NCBI RefSeq assembly: GCF_000737315.1
Contig: NZ_JMCB01000008.1
Coordinates: forward strand, 20,001-82,000
Length of the DNA stretch: 62,000 bases
From: Hyalangium minutum
GTDB lineage: Bacteria; Myxococcota; Myxococcia; Myxococcales; Myxococcaceae
Direction: 5' to 3'
Shown: positions 35,434-43,791 of the stretch, piece after piece
Position numbering within the stretch: the first letter of the stretch is position 1
How the letters are laid out: every line of letters begins with the position of its first letter
Made by a program: the position numbers and the translations under genes
The notes under the pieces: model-generated
The model's database searches: none
Seen by the model: the letters and a program-made list of their open reading frames with translations, nothing else
What the model was told of the DNA's origin: nothing

Positions 35434-37428
35434 TCAGCTTTTCTGGCGGCGCGAGCGCAGCGCCCACGCCCCCAGCATCAGCGCCACGGCGCCCAGCCCC
35501 GCGCCCGAGGCGCTCTCGCAGCCACAGCCCACCTCGAGCGCTCCGGGCATTACCACCGTGAACGTCGTGGGCGCGGAGGAGAAGCCAGTGCTGCCTCCCG
35601 TCTCCAGCGCCTGAGCCGTGACGGTGTGCTCACCGGGTGCCAGCGCCTGACCGGGCGTGAGCGTGTAATAGAAGCGCCCGGCCTGATCCAACGGCACCTG
35701 GGCCACCTCGGCTCCGTCCACCTGAAGGCGAACCGAGACGCCCAAGGGACTCGTCCCCGTGAGGAGGGGCGTGGGATCCACCTGCTCGCCCTGCGCGGGA
35801 GACACGAGGATGGGGTTCATCGCCGGCTCGGCGACGTCGAAGCGGGTCACCGCGGAGAGCGGGCTGTACAGCCCCAGGGACTCCGCGGATGCGCGAAGCT
35901 CGTGTGCTCCAGGCGTCAGCTCCATGGGGGCCGTGTAGACGAAGCCGCCATCGGGGCTGCTCGCCTGCACCTGCACGTAGGGCGTCCCATCCAGGAAGAG
36001 GTGAACCTGGACGCCCTGCTCGGCCGCCCCTTCGAAGCGGGGACGCGGCGCCACGCCGACCGCTCCATTCACTGGCTGCGACACCGTGGGCGTTACGAGC
36101 GTTCGCACCCCGGTGACTGTTTGCTGCGCCGAGCCGTACGCGCTTCCACCATCCAAGCTGGCCGGCCCCGCGCCCCGGCTGTCGCCCGTCGCCGACGATC
36201 GCCCCGCCGCCCCGGCGAGCACCACCGCGGGACACGTGAGGGGCTGTCCCTGCAGGAAGACGACGCCTCCAGCGCCGCCACCGCCCGGGCCAATCGGGTA
36301 CGCGGGATGAACGGTGTCTCCGCCCGCGCCCCCCGAGGCGTCCGCAGCGCCGCAGGCCAGTCCCGCGGCGGATCTCAAGGAGATGGCTCCGCCTGCACCG
36401 CCGCCGCCCGCACCGTCATCTCCCGTCCCGGACGTAGGAGGCACCGACGCGCCCTTCGCGCTGAAGCGCCCCGTCCCCACCACCGCCCCCGCGCGCAGGA
36501 GCATCAGCCCACCTCCCGCGCCTCCGCTGGTTCCTAAATTGTTGTTGCCCTCGCCCGCGCCGCCGCCCCCGCCAAACACGAGGCGCTCGTAGGGCAGGTA
36601 CACCACGGCCGCTCCGCCCAGGCCACCCACGTCCCGGTCCCCGTCAGAAGAACGAGCCCCCGTGCCGCCCATGCCGGCATGGCCTCCACCGCCCCCCCCG
36701 GAGTTGTGGCAGTTACCGCCGCCCCCGCCGTTGGCCACGTTGCCTCGTCCCGAGGCCGTCCCGTACCGCCCGGCCACCAGCCCCTCTCCTTTATAGGAGC
36801 CACCGCTGGCCGAGGGCTCGTCGAGCCCCGCGCAGCCGTCACGGTCCGCGTGGTTGAGGTACACCCCACCCCGGAAGCCGGCGCCGTCCACCGACACGAG
36901 CCCGTTGTTGCTCAGCGTGCCGGTGGCCAACAGCGCGAGGATGCCGCCCACGCTCCCGTCCCACGGCGCCGCCCGGAGCGAGCCGTTGGCGAGCACCTGG
37001 ACGTCCGTGTACTCGGGCACACTCACCACCTGCGTCACCCTGGCGGGGAAGCCGTTCGTCAGCGGCGCGGTCAGCCGCAGCACGCCCGGAGACACGGCCT
37101 CGACGCGCCCGTACTCGAACTGGCCCACCGGGTTCGCCGCATCGAGGCGGATCTGCGATGGATCTCCCGAGGCAGGCGCCGGCGTCAGGTCCGTGGATTG
37201 ATGGAGGAGGACCAGGTCGCCCGCCGAGAAGGCGCTGGCATCCGAGAGCGTCAGGACCTGCGTCCCCGCCGGCGCGCTGGCGGTGAGCTGGGCGTAGCGG
37301 TTGACCACGGTGTCCTGCGCCGTGACCCGCAGAAGGCCTCTGCGCCCCGTGCCCAGTCCGAAGGTATCCGGCTCGGCCCCCGCACCACCGGCCCAGAGAA
37401 GTCCCGCCACCCAAAGAGTGTTCCGCAT
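35434..37428 (-). CDS. AgmC-like Gly-rich surface protein with two Ig-like domains and a MYXO-CTERM sorting signal
   Basis: Signal peptide followed by EPDTFGLGTG, long GGGGG-rich repeats, two Ig-like repeats (TPTVSQP...P.F.G; PILVSP...TP.LTG) and a C-terminal GCGC + hydrophobic helix + RSRRQKS. Confidence 0.82.
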   Translation of the reverse strand: MRNTLWVAGLLWAGGAGAEPDTFGLGTGRRGLLRVTAQDTVVNRYAQLTASAPAGTQVLTLSDASAFSAGDLVLLHQSTDLTPAPASGDPSQIRLDAANPVGQFEYGRVEAVSPGVLRLTAPLTNGFPARVTQVVSVPEYTDVQVLANGSLRAAPWDGSVGGILALLATGTLSNNGLVSVDGAGFRGGVYLNHADRDGCAGLDEPSASGGSYKGEGLVAGRYGTASGRGNVANGGGGGNCHNSGGGGGGHAGMGGTGARSSDGDRDVGGLGGAAVVYLPYERLVFGGGGGAGEGNNNLGTSGGAGGGLMLLRAGAVVGTGRFSAKGASVPPTSGTGDDGAGGGGAGGAISLRSAAGLACGAADASGGAGGDTVHPAYPIGPGGGGAGGVVFLQGQPLTCPAVVLAGAAGRSSATGDSRGAGPASLDGGSAYGSAQQTVTGVRTLVTPTVSQPVNGAVGVAPRPRFEGAAEQGVQVHLFLDGTPYVQVQASSPDGGFVYTAPMELTPGAHELRASAESLGLYSPLSAVTRFDVAEPAMNPILVSPAQGEQVDPTPLLTGTSPLGVSVRLQVDGAEVAQVPLDQAGRFYYTLTPGQALAPGEHTVTAQALETGGSTGFSSAPTTFTVVMPGALEVGCGCESASGAGLGAVALMLGAWALRSRRQKS

Positions 37429-37578
37429 GGGGGCATGCTGCCCCACCCCCTCACAAGGGTCGAGGAAGGTGCGGGCGGCGGCGCAGCCCCCTCAACGTCC
37501 GCAGGAGCACCCCAGCCCACAGCCCCGTGACGGCGACCACCTCGAACGACGTGCGCGGCAAGCGCGCCACCGTGTGGC

Positions 37579-38697
37579 TCAGGCCGCGCGGACCAGCTCG
37601 GCGACGGTCGCCTTGGGCGCAACCACGGCCTTCGGGCGGTTCTTGCGGATCTGCCGCGCGAGGATGAAGGTGTAGATGACGATTGGCAGGAGGAACAGGT
37701 CCGCCACGCCGCCCAGCTGGGCGAAGCGCCCCTGCACGTAGCCGTCGATCAGCAGGCCCACGTAGACGCCCACCACCACGAGCGAGCAGTGCGTGGAGGC
37801 CCAGAACACCACGTTGTTGGCCGTGCGCGGATCCTTGTGGGCACCGCGATAGAGCCGGGCCACGTGCCACACGGCCACCGGCGAGCTGGCCATCACGCCC
37901 AGCCCCACCCAGATGGGGACGCCCATCCAGAGCACGCCGGGGATGACCATCAGATACGCCACCGCCTGCACCACCGCGTGCATGTGGACGATCGTGCGGG
38001 GGCCCAGGCGCACCGGCAGCGTGCGCTTGCCCACGAGGATGTCACCCTCGTAGTCCTGCAGGTTCATGATCGTCATGCGCACGAACTGGATCAGAAAGGC
38101 CGGCAGCAGCAGCAGGAAGGGGAAGAAGCTGAACTCGCCCGAGGCCAGCGTGTAGCCGATCACCGGCACGCACCCGTTGAGCCCCGTCGTCACTGTCAGC
38201 TCACCCAGGCCCCGATAATTGAACTGGAACGGAGGCGCCGTGTAGAACCACCCCAGCGGCACCGCGATCAGCGCCGCGTACTGCGCCTCCGCCGGCATCG
38301 CCAGGATCAGCAGCAGCGCGGTACACAACAGGACACAGCTCGCCGTGAGGCTCACCCACGGCTTGAGCAGGCCCTCCACCAGCACCCGGCTGCCCCCCGT
38401 CCACGCGGTGGGCGCGGGGTTGGCCAGGTCCGCCTGCAGATCAAAGTACTCGTTGCAGTAGTGCGTCATCAGGTGGACGCACCAGACGAACAGCTGCCCG
38501 TGCACGTACGAAGCCAGAGAGGGCGTGTGCCCCAGGTAGACCGCCGCAGCCACACCCAGCGTGTAAAGAACCCAGCTGTACAGGAGGTATTTCGGCCGCC
38601 CCAGGCGAACCAGCAGCATGAAGCTGCGCTTGAGTGAAGCCGCGGGTGGAACAGCCACCACCTCGCCACCATGGATGGGCATCGGGAGATGATTCAC
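37579..38697 (-). CDS. UbiA-superfamily (MenA-like) membrane prenyltransferase
   Basis: Asp-rich motifs NEYFDLQAD and NLQDYEGD, GGSRVL, YTAPPF..NYRGLGEL, GKRTLPVRLG and about 9 TM helices. GTG start 8 nt after AGGAGG. Confidence 0.88.
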   Translation of the reverse strand: MNHLPMPIHGGEVVAVPPAASLKRSFMLLVRLGRPKYLLYSWVLYTLGVAAAVYLGHTPSLASYVHGQLFVWCVHLMTHYCNEYFDLQADLANPAPTAWTGGSRVLVEGLLKPWVSLTASCVLLCTALLLILAMPAEAQYAALIAVPLGWFYTAPPFQFNYRGLGELTVTTGLNGCVPVIGYTLASGEFSFFPFLLLLPAFLIQFVRMTIMNLQDYEGDILVGKRTLPVRLGPRTIVHMHAVVQAVAYLMVIPGVLWMGVPIWVGLGVMASSPVAVWHVARLYRGAHKDPRTANNVVFWASTHCSLVVVGVYVGLLIDGYVQGRFAQLGGVADLFLLPIVIYTFILARQIRKNRPKAVVAPKATVAELVRAA

Positions 38698-38720
38698 TGT
38701 GAGGGCCTCCTGACGACGGC

Positions 38721-38741
38721 AATTCTCTGAATCAGAGAATT
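38721..38741. promoter_or_regulatory. Perfect 21-bp palindromic operator candidate
   Basis: AATTCTCTGA-A-TCAGAGAATT (10-bp arms), lying between the predicted transcription start and the RBS of the prenyltransferase. Confidence 0.75.
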
Positions 38742-38751
38742 AGCGATTAAA

Positions 38752-38780
38752 ATGGTGAAATAGAATTCTTCTATTGTCAA
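38752..38780 (-). promoter_or_regulatory. sigma70-type promoter of the prenyltransferase, with a second palindrome in its spacer
   Basis: Minus strand reads TTGACA-N17-CACCAT. The palindrome AATAGAA-TTC-TTCTATT (38759-38775) fills the spacer. Confidence 0.6.
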
Positions 38781-38889
38781 AGAACTCCTGAAATACCGGT
38801 TCAGAATTCTTTTCCGAAGGTGAACAGATCACCGCCCTCTTCGCGCGGAGGTGAGTCCGCAACGGAGCGCTACCCACCTGTGCTTTTGT

Positions 38890-40614
38890 TTACGGTGCGC
38901 CCACGCCTTCGCTCGACACGTCCATCCGATCGAACGCGCGGCCGAGGGCCATGACACCCAGGCCTACTTCGAGCGACACCCCCGCCGCAGCGACGAGCCC
39001 CGCGCACGGCAGCGCCCAAACACCCAGCACGCCATAGAGCGCGAAGCCCACCAGCGCGGCGACGATGGCTGCAGGCAACAGCCCGCCCATCACCACCACG
39101 AGGGCACCTGCGAGCGTCAACAGCCGCTGGCCCAGTGCCTCGATGCCGCGGGCCCGCTCGCCATCAGCGGGGAGCCACGCGGGGAAGAGCACCACGGCGG
39201 CGTTCTGGACGAACACACCGCCAATGGCGAGCGCGGGCAGCAACGGCGCCAACCCCAGTGCCCCGGCCACCCACAGCTCGGCCCCCCACGGGCCGGGAGC
39301 CCCCACGGCCATGGCCACGGCCAGCAGGAGCAGCACGAGCTGCATGATGGCCAGCAGCACCCCCGGGGCCAGCATCTCGGCGGCGACCACCTGCCTTCCC
39401 GTCAACGGGAGCGCCCGGAGCAGATCCAGCTTGGGCAGATCCAGGCGGAGATCCGAGCGCATGGAGACGGGGCCGAACACGGTGAGCATGCCCGCGAACG
39501 TCAGGTAGACGCCCGCCATCACCTGCCGCGTCTGGGAGAGCGCGGCGGGAGCGAACACGGCGACGCCCAGGGGCACGGCGAGCCCCAGCAGCGCCAGCAC
39601 GAGCAGCACCTCGGGCCCGGCGATGCGACGCGCGGCGATGAGGTTCTTCCACAGCAGCGCCACCTCGGGCCGTCCGGAGGCGCTCAGGCGGAAGAAGGGC
39701 TTGCGCAGGACGATGTGCCCCACCCGGGCCACCCGCTGGCTGCGCCGCCGCGCCGTCTCCTCGGCCCGCACCACCACCGCCTCCTCGAAGGGGACGATGA
39801 GCACGGTGATCCAGAGGTAGTGGACCGCGAGCAGCCCCAGCACGATCGGCATCGAGCGGAGGAAGGCCCCCACCCCCTCCGCCAGAGCGGGCGCCACCAG
39901 GACGCGCCCCGGCCACAGGGCCACCTGGAGCGCCGGGTGCGAGACGAGCGCGAAGAGCCACTCCCGGGAAGGCGCCTGGCCCTCGGGGCCCACCGGGAAG
40001 GGGTTCTCCTGGAACGCCGAGTACCCGGCCCACCCCAGGGCCGCGAACAGCACGAGGAGCACGGCCCACCGCAGCACCGTGCCCCACCCTCCGAGCCGGG
40101 CCAGCCGCGTGCGAACGAACGAGGCCGCGGTGACGTGCAGGTTCACGGTGACGAACGCGAGCACGGAGCCCAGGAAGAACAGCACCAGGTGCGGGGTGAC
40201 GGCCCGCCCGATGAAGATCGTGGTGAAGACAGAGCTGACCCCGGCGCCCATCACCCCGCGGGCCAGCTTGTAGTGCAGCAGCCCGCGCCGGCTGATGGGT
40301 GCGGCGAACAGCTGCTGCACCTCCGTCTCCGTGAACGCGAGCGACGGCCGGTCCTGCCCGAGGATCCAAGCGGCGGCCAGCGACACCATCACCATGGTGC
40401 CCAGCGACAGCTCGGCCAGGGCGCGCGCGCTGGGGGGCAGCGACTCCACGGAGCGCGAGTAGCTCAGCCGCCGGACCACCATCATATAAAGGTAGGCACC
40501 GCCGACGATGAGCCCCGCCAGGTACTTCGGCTGGCGCATGCGCTCCAGCTGCTTGCGCACGCGGTTGCGCAGCGAGGCCCACCACAGGAACGCCACCGCG
40601 CGCGGGAAGCTCAT
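38890..40614 (-). CDS. Putative ABC exporter permease (about 12 TM)
   Basis: ATG 40614 overlaps the ATPase stop (ATGA). Motifs LAFTETEVQQLFAAPISRRGLLHYKL and DLRLDLPKLDLLRALPLTGRQVV. Confidence 0.82.
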   Translation of the reverse strand: MSFPRAVAFLWWASLRNRVRKQLERMRQPKYLAGLIVGGAYLYMMVVRRLSYSRSVESLPPSARALAELSLGTMVMVSLAAAWILGQDRPSLAFTETEVQQLFAAPISRRGLLHYKLARGVMGAGVSSVFTTIFIGRAVTPHLVLFFLGSVLAFVTVNLHVTAASFVRTRLARLGGWGTVLRWAVLLVLFAALGWAGYSAFQENPFPVGPEGQAPSREWLFALVSHPALQVALWPGRVLVAPALAEGVGAFLRSMPIVLGLLAVHYLWITVLIVPFEEAVVVRAEETARRRSQRVARVGHIVLRKPFFRLSASGRPEVALLWKNLIAARRIAGPEVLLVLALLGLAVPLGVAVFAPAALSQTRQVMAGVYLTFAGMLTVFGPVSMRSDLRLDLPKLDLLRALPLTGRQVVAAEMLAPGVLLAIMQLVLLLLAVAMAVGAPGPWGAELWVAGALGLAPLLPALAIGGVFVQNAAVVLFPAWLPADGERARGIEALGQRLLTLAGALVVVMGGLLPAAIVAALVGFALYGVLGVWALPCAGLVAAAGVSLEVGLGVMALGRAFDRMDVSSEGVGAP

Positions 40615-41414
40615 GAGGCGGGAGGCTCCGGCCTCTCCTCGCTCCCGGCGCTGGTGATGCGCACGAAGATCTCCTCCAGCGAGGCGTTGCCGCCCTCCAG
40701 CCCGCTCAGCTGCGCGCGGATCTCCGCCAGGGTGCCGAGCGCCACCGCGCGGCCTCCGGAGATGACGAGGATGCGGTGGCACAGCTCCTCCACCAACGGC
40801 AGCAGGTGCGAGGAGAGCACCAGCGCCGCCCCCTGCTCCGCCCGCTTCCGCAGCGAGGCCTTCATCCTCCGGATGCCGATGGGGTCCAAGCCCGTGAGGG
40901 GCTCGTCCAGGAGAATGAGCCGCGGGTCATGCAGGAAGCCGCAGGCGATGGAGAGCTTCTGCTTCATGCCGCGCGACAGCTCTCCCGGCAGCGCCTTCTC
41001 CTTGTTCCCCAGCTCCATCTCCGCGAGCAGCGCGCGCGCCTTGTCCTCCCACTGCTCCACGCCATAGAGGCGGGCCACGAAGTTCAGGTGCTCCCAGACG
41101 GTGAGGTACTCGAAGAGGCGCGGCTCGTCCGGCAGGAACGCCAGCGCTTGCTTCGCCTTCACGGGCTCGTGCGCCACGTCATGGCCCACCACGGCGACCT
41201 TCCCCGAGGACACGGGGAGGATGCCCGCGAGGCACCTCAGGGTGGACGTCTTTCCCGCACCGTTGGGGCCCACCAGCCCCAGCACCTCGCCGGGCGCCAC
41301 CTGGAAGGTCAGCCCCTGCACGGCCTTCACCGCGCCGTAGGTCTTCTCCAGGGACACCACCTCCAGCACGGGCGTCCCGGTTCCAGGTTCCACTGTCGTC
41401 TCGGGAGGAAGCAC
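40611..41414 (-). CDS. ABC transporter ATP-binding protein (ABC-2/drug exporter type)
   Basis: Walker A GPNGAGKT, signature LSRGMKQ, LLDEPLTGLDP and H-loop SSH. Confidence 0.93.
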   Translation of the reverse strand: MLPPETTVEPGTGTPVLEVVSLEKTYGAVKAVQGLTFQVAPGEVLGLVGPNGAGKTSTLRCLAGILPVSSGKVAVVGHDVAHEPVKAKQALAFLPDEPRLFEYLTVWEHLNFVARLYGVEQWEDKARALLAEMELGNKEKALPGELSRGMKQKLSIACGFLHDPRLILLDEPLTGLDPIGIRRMKASLRKRAEQGAALVLSSHLLPLVEELCHRILVISGGRAVALGTLAEIRAQLSGLEGGNASLEEIFVRITSAGSEERPEPPAS

Positions 41415-41426
41415 CTCGGCTCCGGC

Positions 41427-41804
41427 TCAGTGCAGGTTCAGCAGCCCCTTCACCGTATCGAGCACGACCTTGGCTTGCACGGGTTTGACGAGGTAGGCGC
41501 TTGCCCCGAGCGCCAGGGCCCGGTCGCGGTCCGCCGTGGCCCCCTCGGTGGTGATGACCACGATGGGGACGTCCTTGTGGATCGGATCCTGCCGGATGTG
41601 GCTGATCAGCTTGAGCCCATCCATCAGCGGCATGTTGATGTCGGTGAGGACCAGGTCGAACTGGCCCTGGGTGAACTTCTTCAGGCCGTCGGCACCGTCC
41701 GCGGCCTCGACGCAGACGACTCCGCCCAGCCGCTGCAGGGCATACATGATGCTGCGCCGCATGGCCTGGGAGTCGTCTACCACCAGCGCCCGGATCTGCG
41801 TCAT
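41427..41804 (-). CDS. cheY: CheY-like single-domain response regulator
   Basis: VVDDS, phosphoacceptor in LVLTDINMP, conserved T (ITTE) and K (VKP). Confidence 0.9.
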   Translation of the reverse strand: MTQIRALVVDDSQAMRRSIMYALQRLGGVVCVEAADGADGLKKFTQGQFDLVLTDINMPLMDGLKLISHIRQDPIHKDVPIVVITTEGATADRDRALALGASAYLVKPVQAKVVLDTVKGLLNLH

Positions 41805-41854
41805 GGCTGGGAAGATACCACCGCCGTCCAGAAAACGGCCGGATTCGCCGCCGC

Positions 41855-42901
41855 CTACCGCCGGCGCCGGGCCAGCGTCAGCAGCGCGGGGCCGATCTCC
41901 CCCAGCGGCAGCACCCGCTTCACCACTCCGGTGGAGATGGCCTCCTGGGGCATGCCGAAGACGACGGCCGTCTCCTCGGACTCGGCCCAGACCTCGCCGC
42001 CCACGTGGTGCACGTCCTTTGCCCCCGCCGCCCCGTCCGAGCCCATGCCCGTGAGCACCACCGCCAGGGACTTGTGCCCCAGCGCCTTGGACACGCTGGT
42101 GAAGAGCCGGTCCACCGACGGCACGTACCGGTCCTTCGCGGCGACCTCGGGCGTCTTCAGCACCAGGTGACCGGCCTGCTCCACCAGCAGCATGTGGCGC
42201 CCGCCCGGAGCGATGAAGACGTGGCCAGGGGCCAGACGGTCTCCCTCCTTCGCCTCCGAGACGTGGAACGGGCCAATGCTGTCCAGCCGGTCCGCGAACG
42301 CCTTGGTGAACTGGGAGGGCATGTGCTGGCAGACCAGCACGCAGAAGGTGGGCTCGGCCGCGAGCGCCTCCAGGAGCCGCTGCACCGCCGGAGGCCCACC
42401 CGTGGACGCGCCCACGGCCACGATGAAGGGGGGCGCCTCGATGGGCTCGCGCTCCCGAGGCAGCCGCGTGGGAAGCCGCCTCGCCCCACCCCCCCGGCGC
42501 ACCAGCCGCGCCGCGCGGACCTTCTCCAGCAGCTCCGTGCGCAGTTCCTCGAGCGCCTGCGGCGTCGGCTTGGCCGGCCGGGCGATGAAGTCGAAGGCCC
42601 CCAGTTCCAGCGCCTTGAAGACGTCCGCCTTGTGGGTATGGCTGGAGATGACGATGGCCGGCGTGGGAGCGGCGCTCCGCAGCAGCCGCAGGAAGGTGTA
42701 CCCGCCCATGCGGGGCATCTCCAGGTCCACCGTCACCACGTCGGGGCGCAGGTCCACCACCTTGCGCAGCCCCTCCTCACCGTCCAGCGCCCAGTCCAGC
42801 ACCTGGACATCCGGCTCGGACTCCAGCAGCTGCTTGATGGTCCTCCGGTTGTGCGCCGAATCGTCGATGACGAGCACCGTGGTGGGAGGGCGCGTCGTCA
42901 T
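41855..42901 (-). CDS. cheB: Chemotaxis methylesterase with receiver domain
   Basis: Receiver domain (DLEMP) and the catalytic Ser/His/Asp in GASTGGP, CQHMP and LTGMGSDG. Confidence 0.95.
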   Translation of the reverse strand: MTTRPPTTVLVIDDSAHNRRTIKQLLESEPDVQVLDWALDGEEGLRKVVDLRPDVVTVDLEMPRMGGYTFLRLLRSAAPTPAIVISSHTHKADVFKALELGAFDFIARPAKPTPQALEELRTELLEKVRAARLVRRGGGARRLPTRLPREREPIEAPPFIVAVGASTGGPPAVQRLLEALAAEPTFCVLVCQHMPSQFTKAFADRLDSIGPFHVSEAKEGDRLAPGHVFIAPGGRHMLLVEQAGHLVLKTPEVAAKDRYVPSVDRLFTSVSKALGHKSLAVVLTGMGSDGAAGAKDVHHVGGEVWAESEETAVVFGMPQEAISTGVVKRVLPLGEIGPALLTLARRRR

Positions 42902-43788
42902 AGCGTGCCCCTCGGGAGCAGCGGGGGCTTGCGGTACGCCAGGTCGCCTTGCAGGTGCACCAGCTCGAAGTCCGCGCCCAGGTTGAGCAGGTTCTCCGAG
43001 TGGCCCAGCAGCAGATAGCCCCCAGGCACGAGCCGGTCATGGAAGACCTGAAGCACGCGGCGCCGTGCCGGAAGATCGAAGTAGATCATCACGTTGCGGC
43101 AGAACACGGCGTCCACCTTCGGCATCTGGCGGCAGGCCTCCTCGTCCAGCAAGTTGAGCTGCTCGAAGGTCACCCAGGAGCGCACGTCGTCCTTCACCCG
43201 GACCTTGTTGGCCCCGAGCGGGAGGAAGAAGCGCGCCACGTGCTCGGGCGAGGTGGCTCGCAGCGAGGACGGGCCGTACTCGCCCCGGCGGGCCGTGGTC
43301 AGCACCCGGCGGGAGATGTCCGTGCCGTAGACGAGGACATCCCAGCCCTCGAAGCGGCGGCTCTGCTGCAGGAGCATCGCGATGGTGAAGGCCTCCTCTC
43401 CCGTGGAGCAGCCGGCGGACCAGATGCGCAGCCGCTTGAGGGCGCCGTTGCGCTGCTGGAGCGCGGGCAGCAGCTCATCGGTGAAGGCCTGGAGCTGGCC
43501 GGGCTCGCGGAAGAAGTAGGTCTCATGGGTCGTCAGCGCCTCGACGGCGGCCTCCAGCTCCACGCGGCGCTGGGCGTCATAGCGCAGGTAGCGGTGGTAG
43601 CCGGCGAAGTCCCGCAAGCCCAGCGCCTCCAGCCGGGGCCACAGGCGCCGCTCCATGACGAACTTCATGTCCTCGCGCACGAGGATGCCGCAATGGGAGT
43701 AGACATGGTCGCGGAGGAGTCTGAACTCCTCTGCGCTCATCTCCGGCCGGCCTTCTTCGTCGAAGCGTGACCCCACCTGAGCCCCCAT
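42898..43788 (-). CDS. cheR: Chemotaxis methyltransferase
   Basis: TTHETYFFRE, RIWSAGCSTGEE, GTDIS, FCRNVMIYF and GYLLLGHSE motifs. No TPR extension. Confidence 0.95.
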   Translation of the reverse strand: MGAQVGSRFDEEGRPEMSAEEFRLLRDHVYSHCGILVREDMKFVMERRLWPRLEALGLRDFAGYHRYLRYDAQRRVELEAAVEALTTHETYFFREPGQLQAFTDELLPALQQRNGALKRLRIWSAGCSTGEEAFTIAMLLQQSRRFEGWDVLVYGTDISRRVLTTARRGEYGPSSLRATSPEHVARFFLPLGANKVRVKDDVRSWVTFEQLNLLDEEACRQMPKVDAVFCRNVMIYFDLPARRRVLQVFHDRLVPGGYLLLGHSENLLNLGADFELVHLQGDLAYRKPPLLPRGTL

Positions 43789-43791
43789 CTC

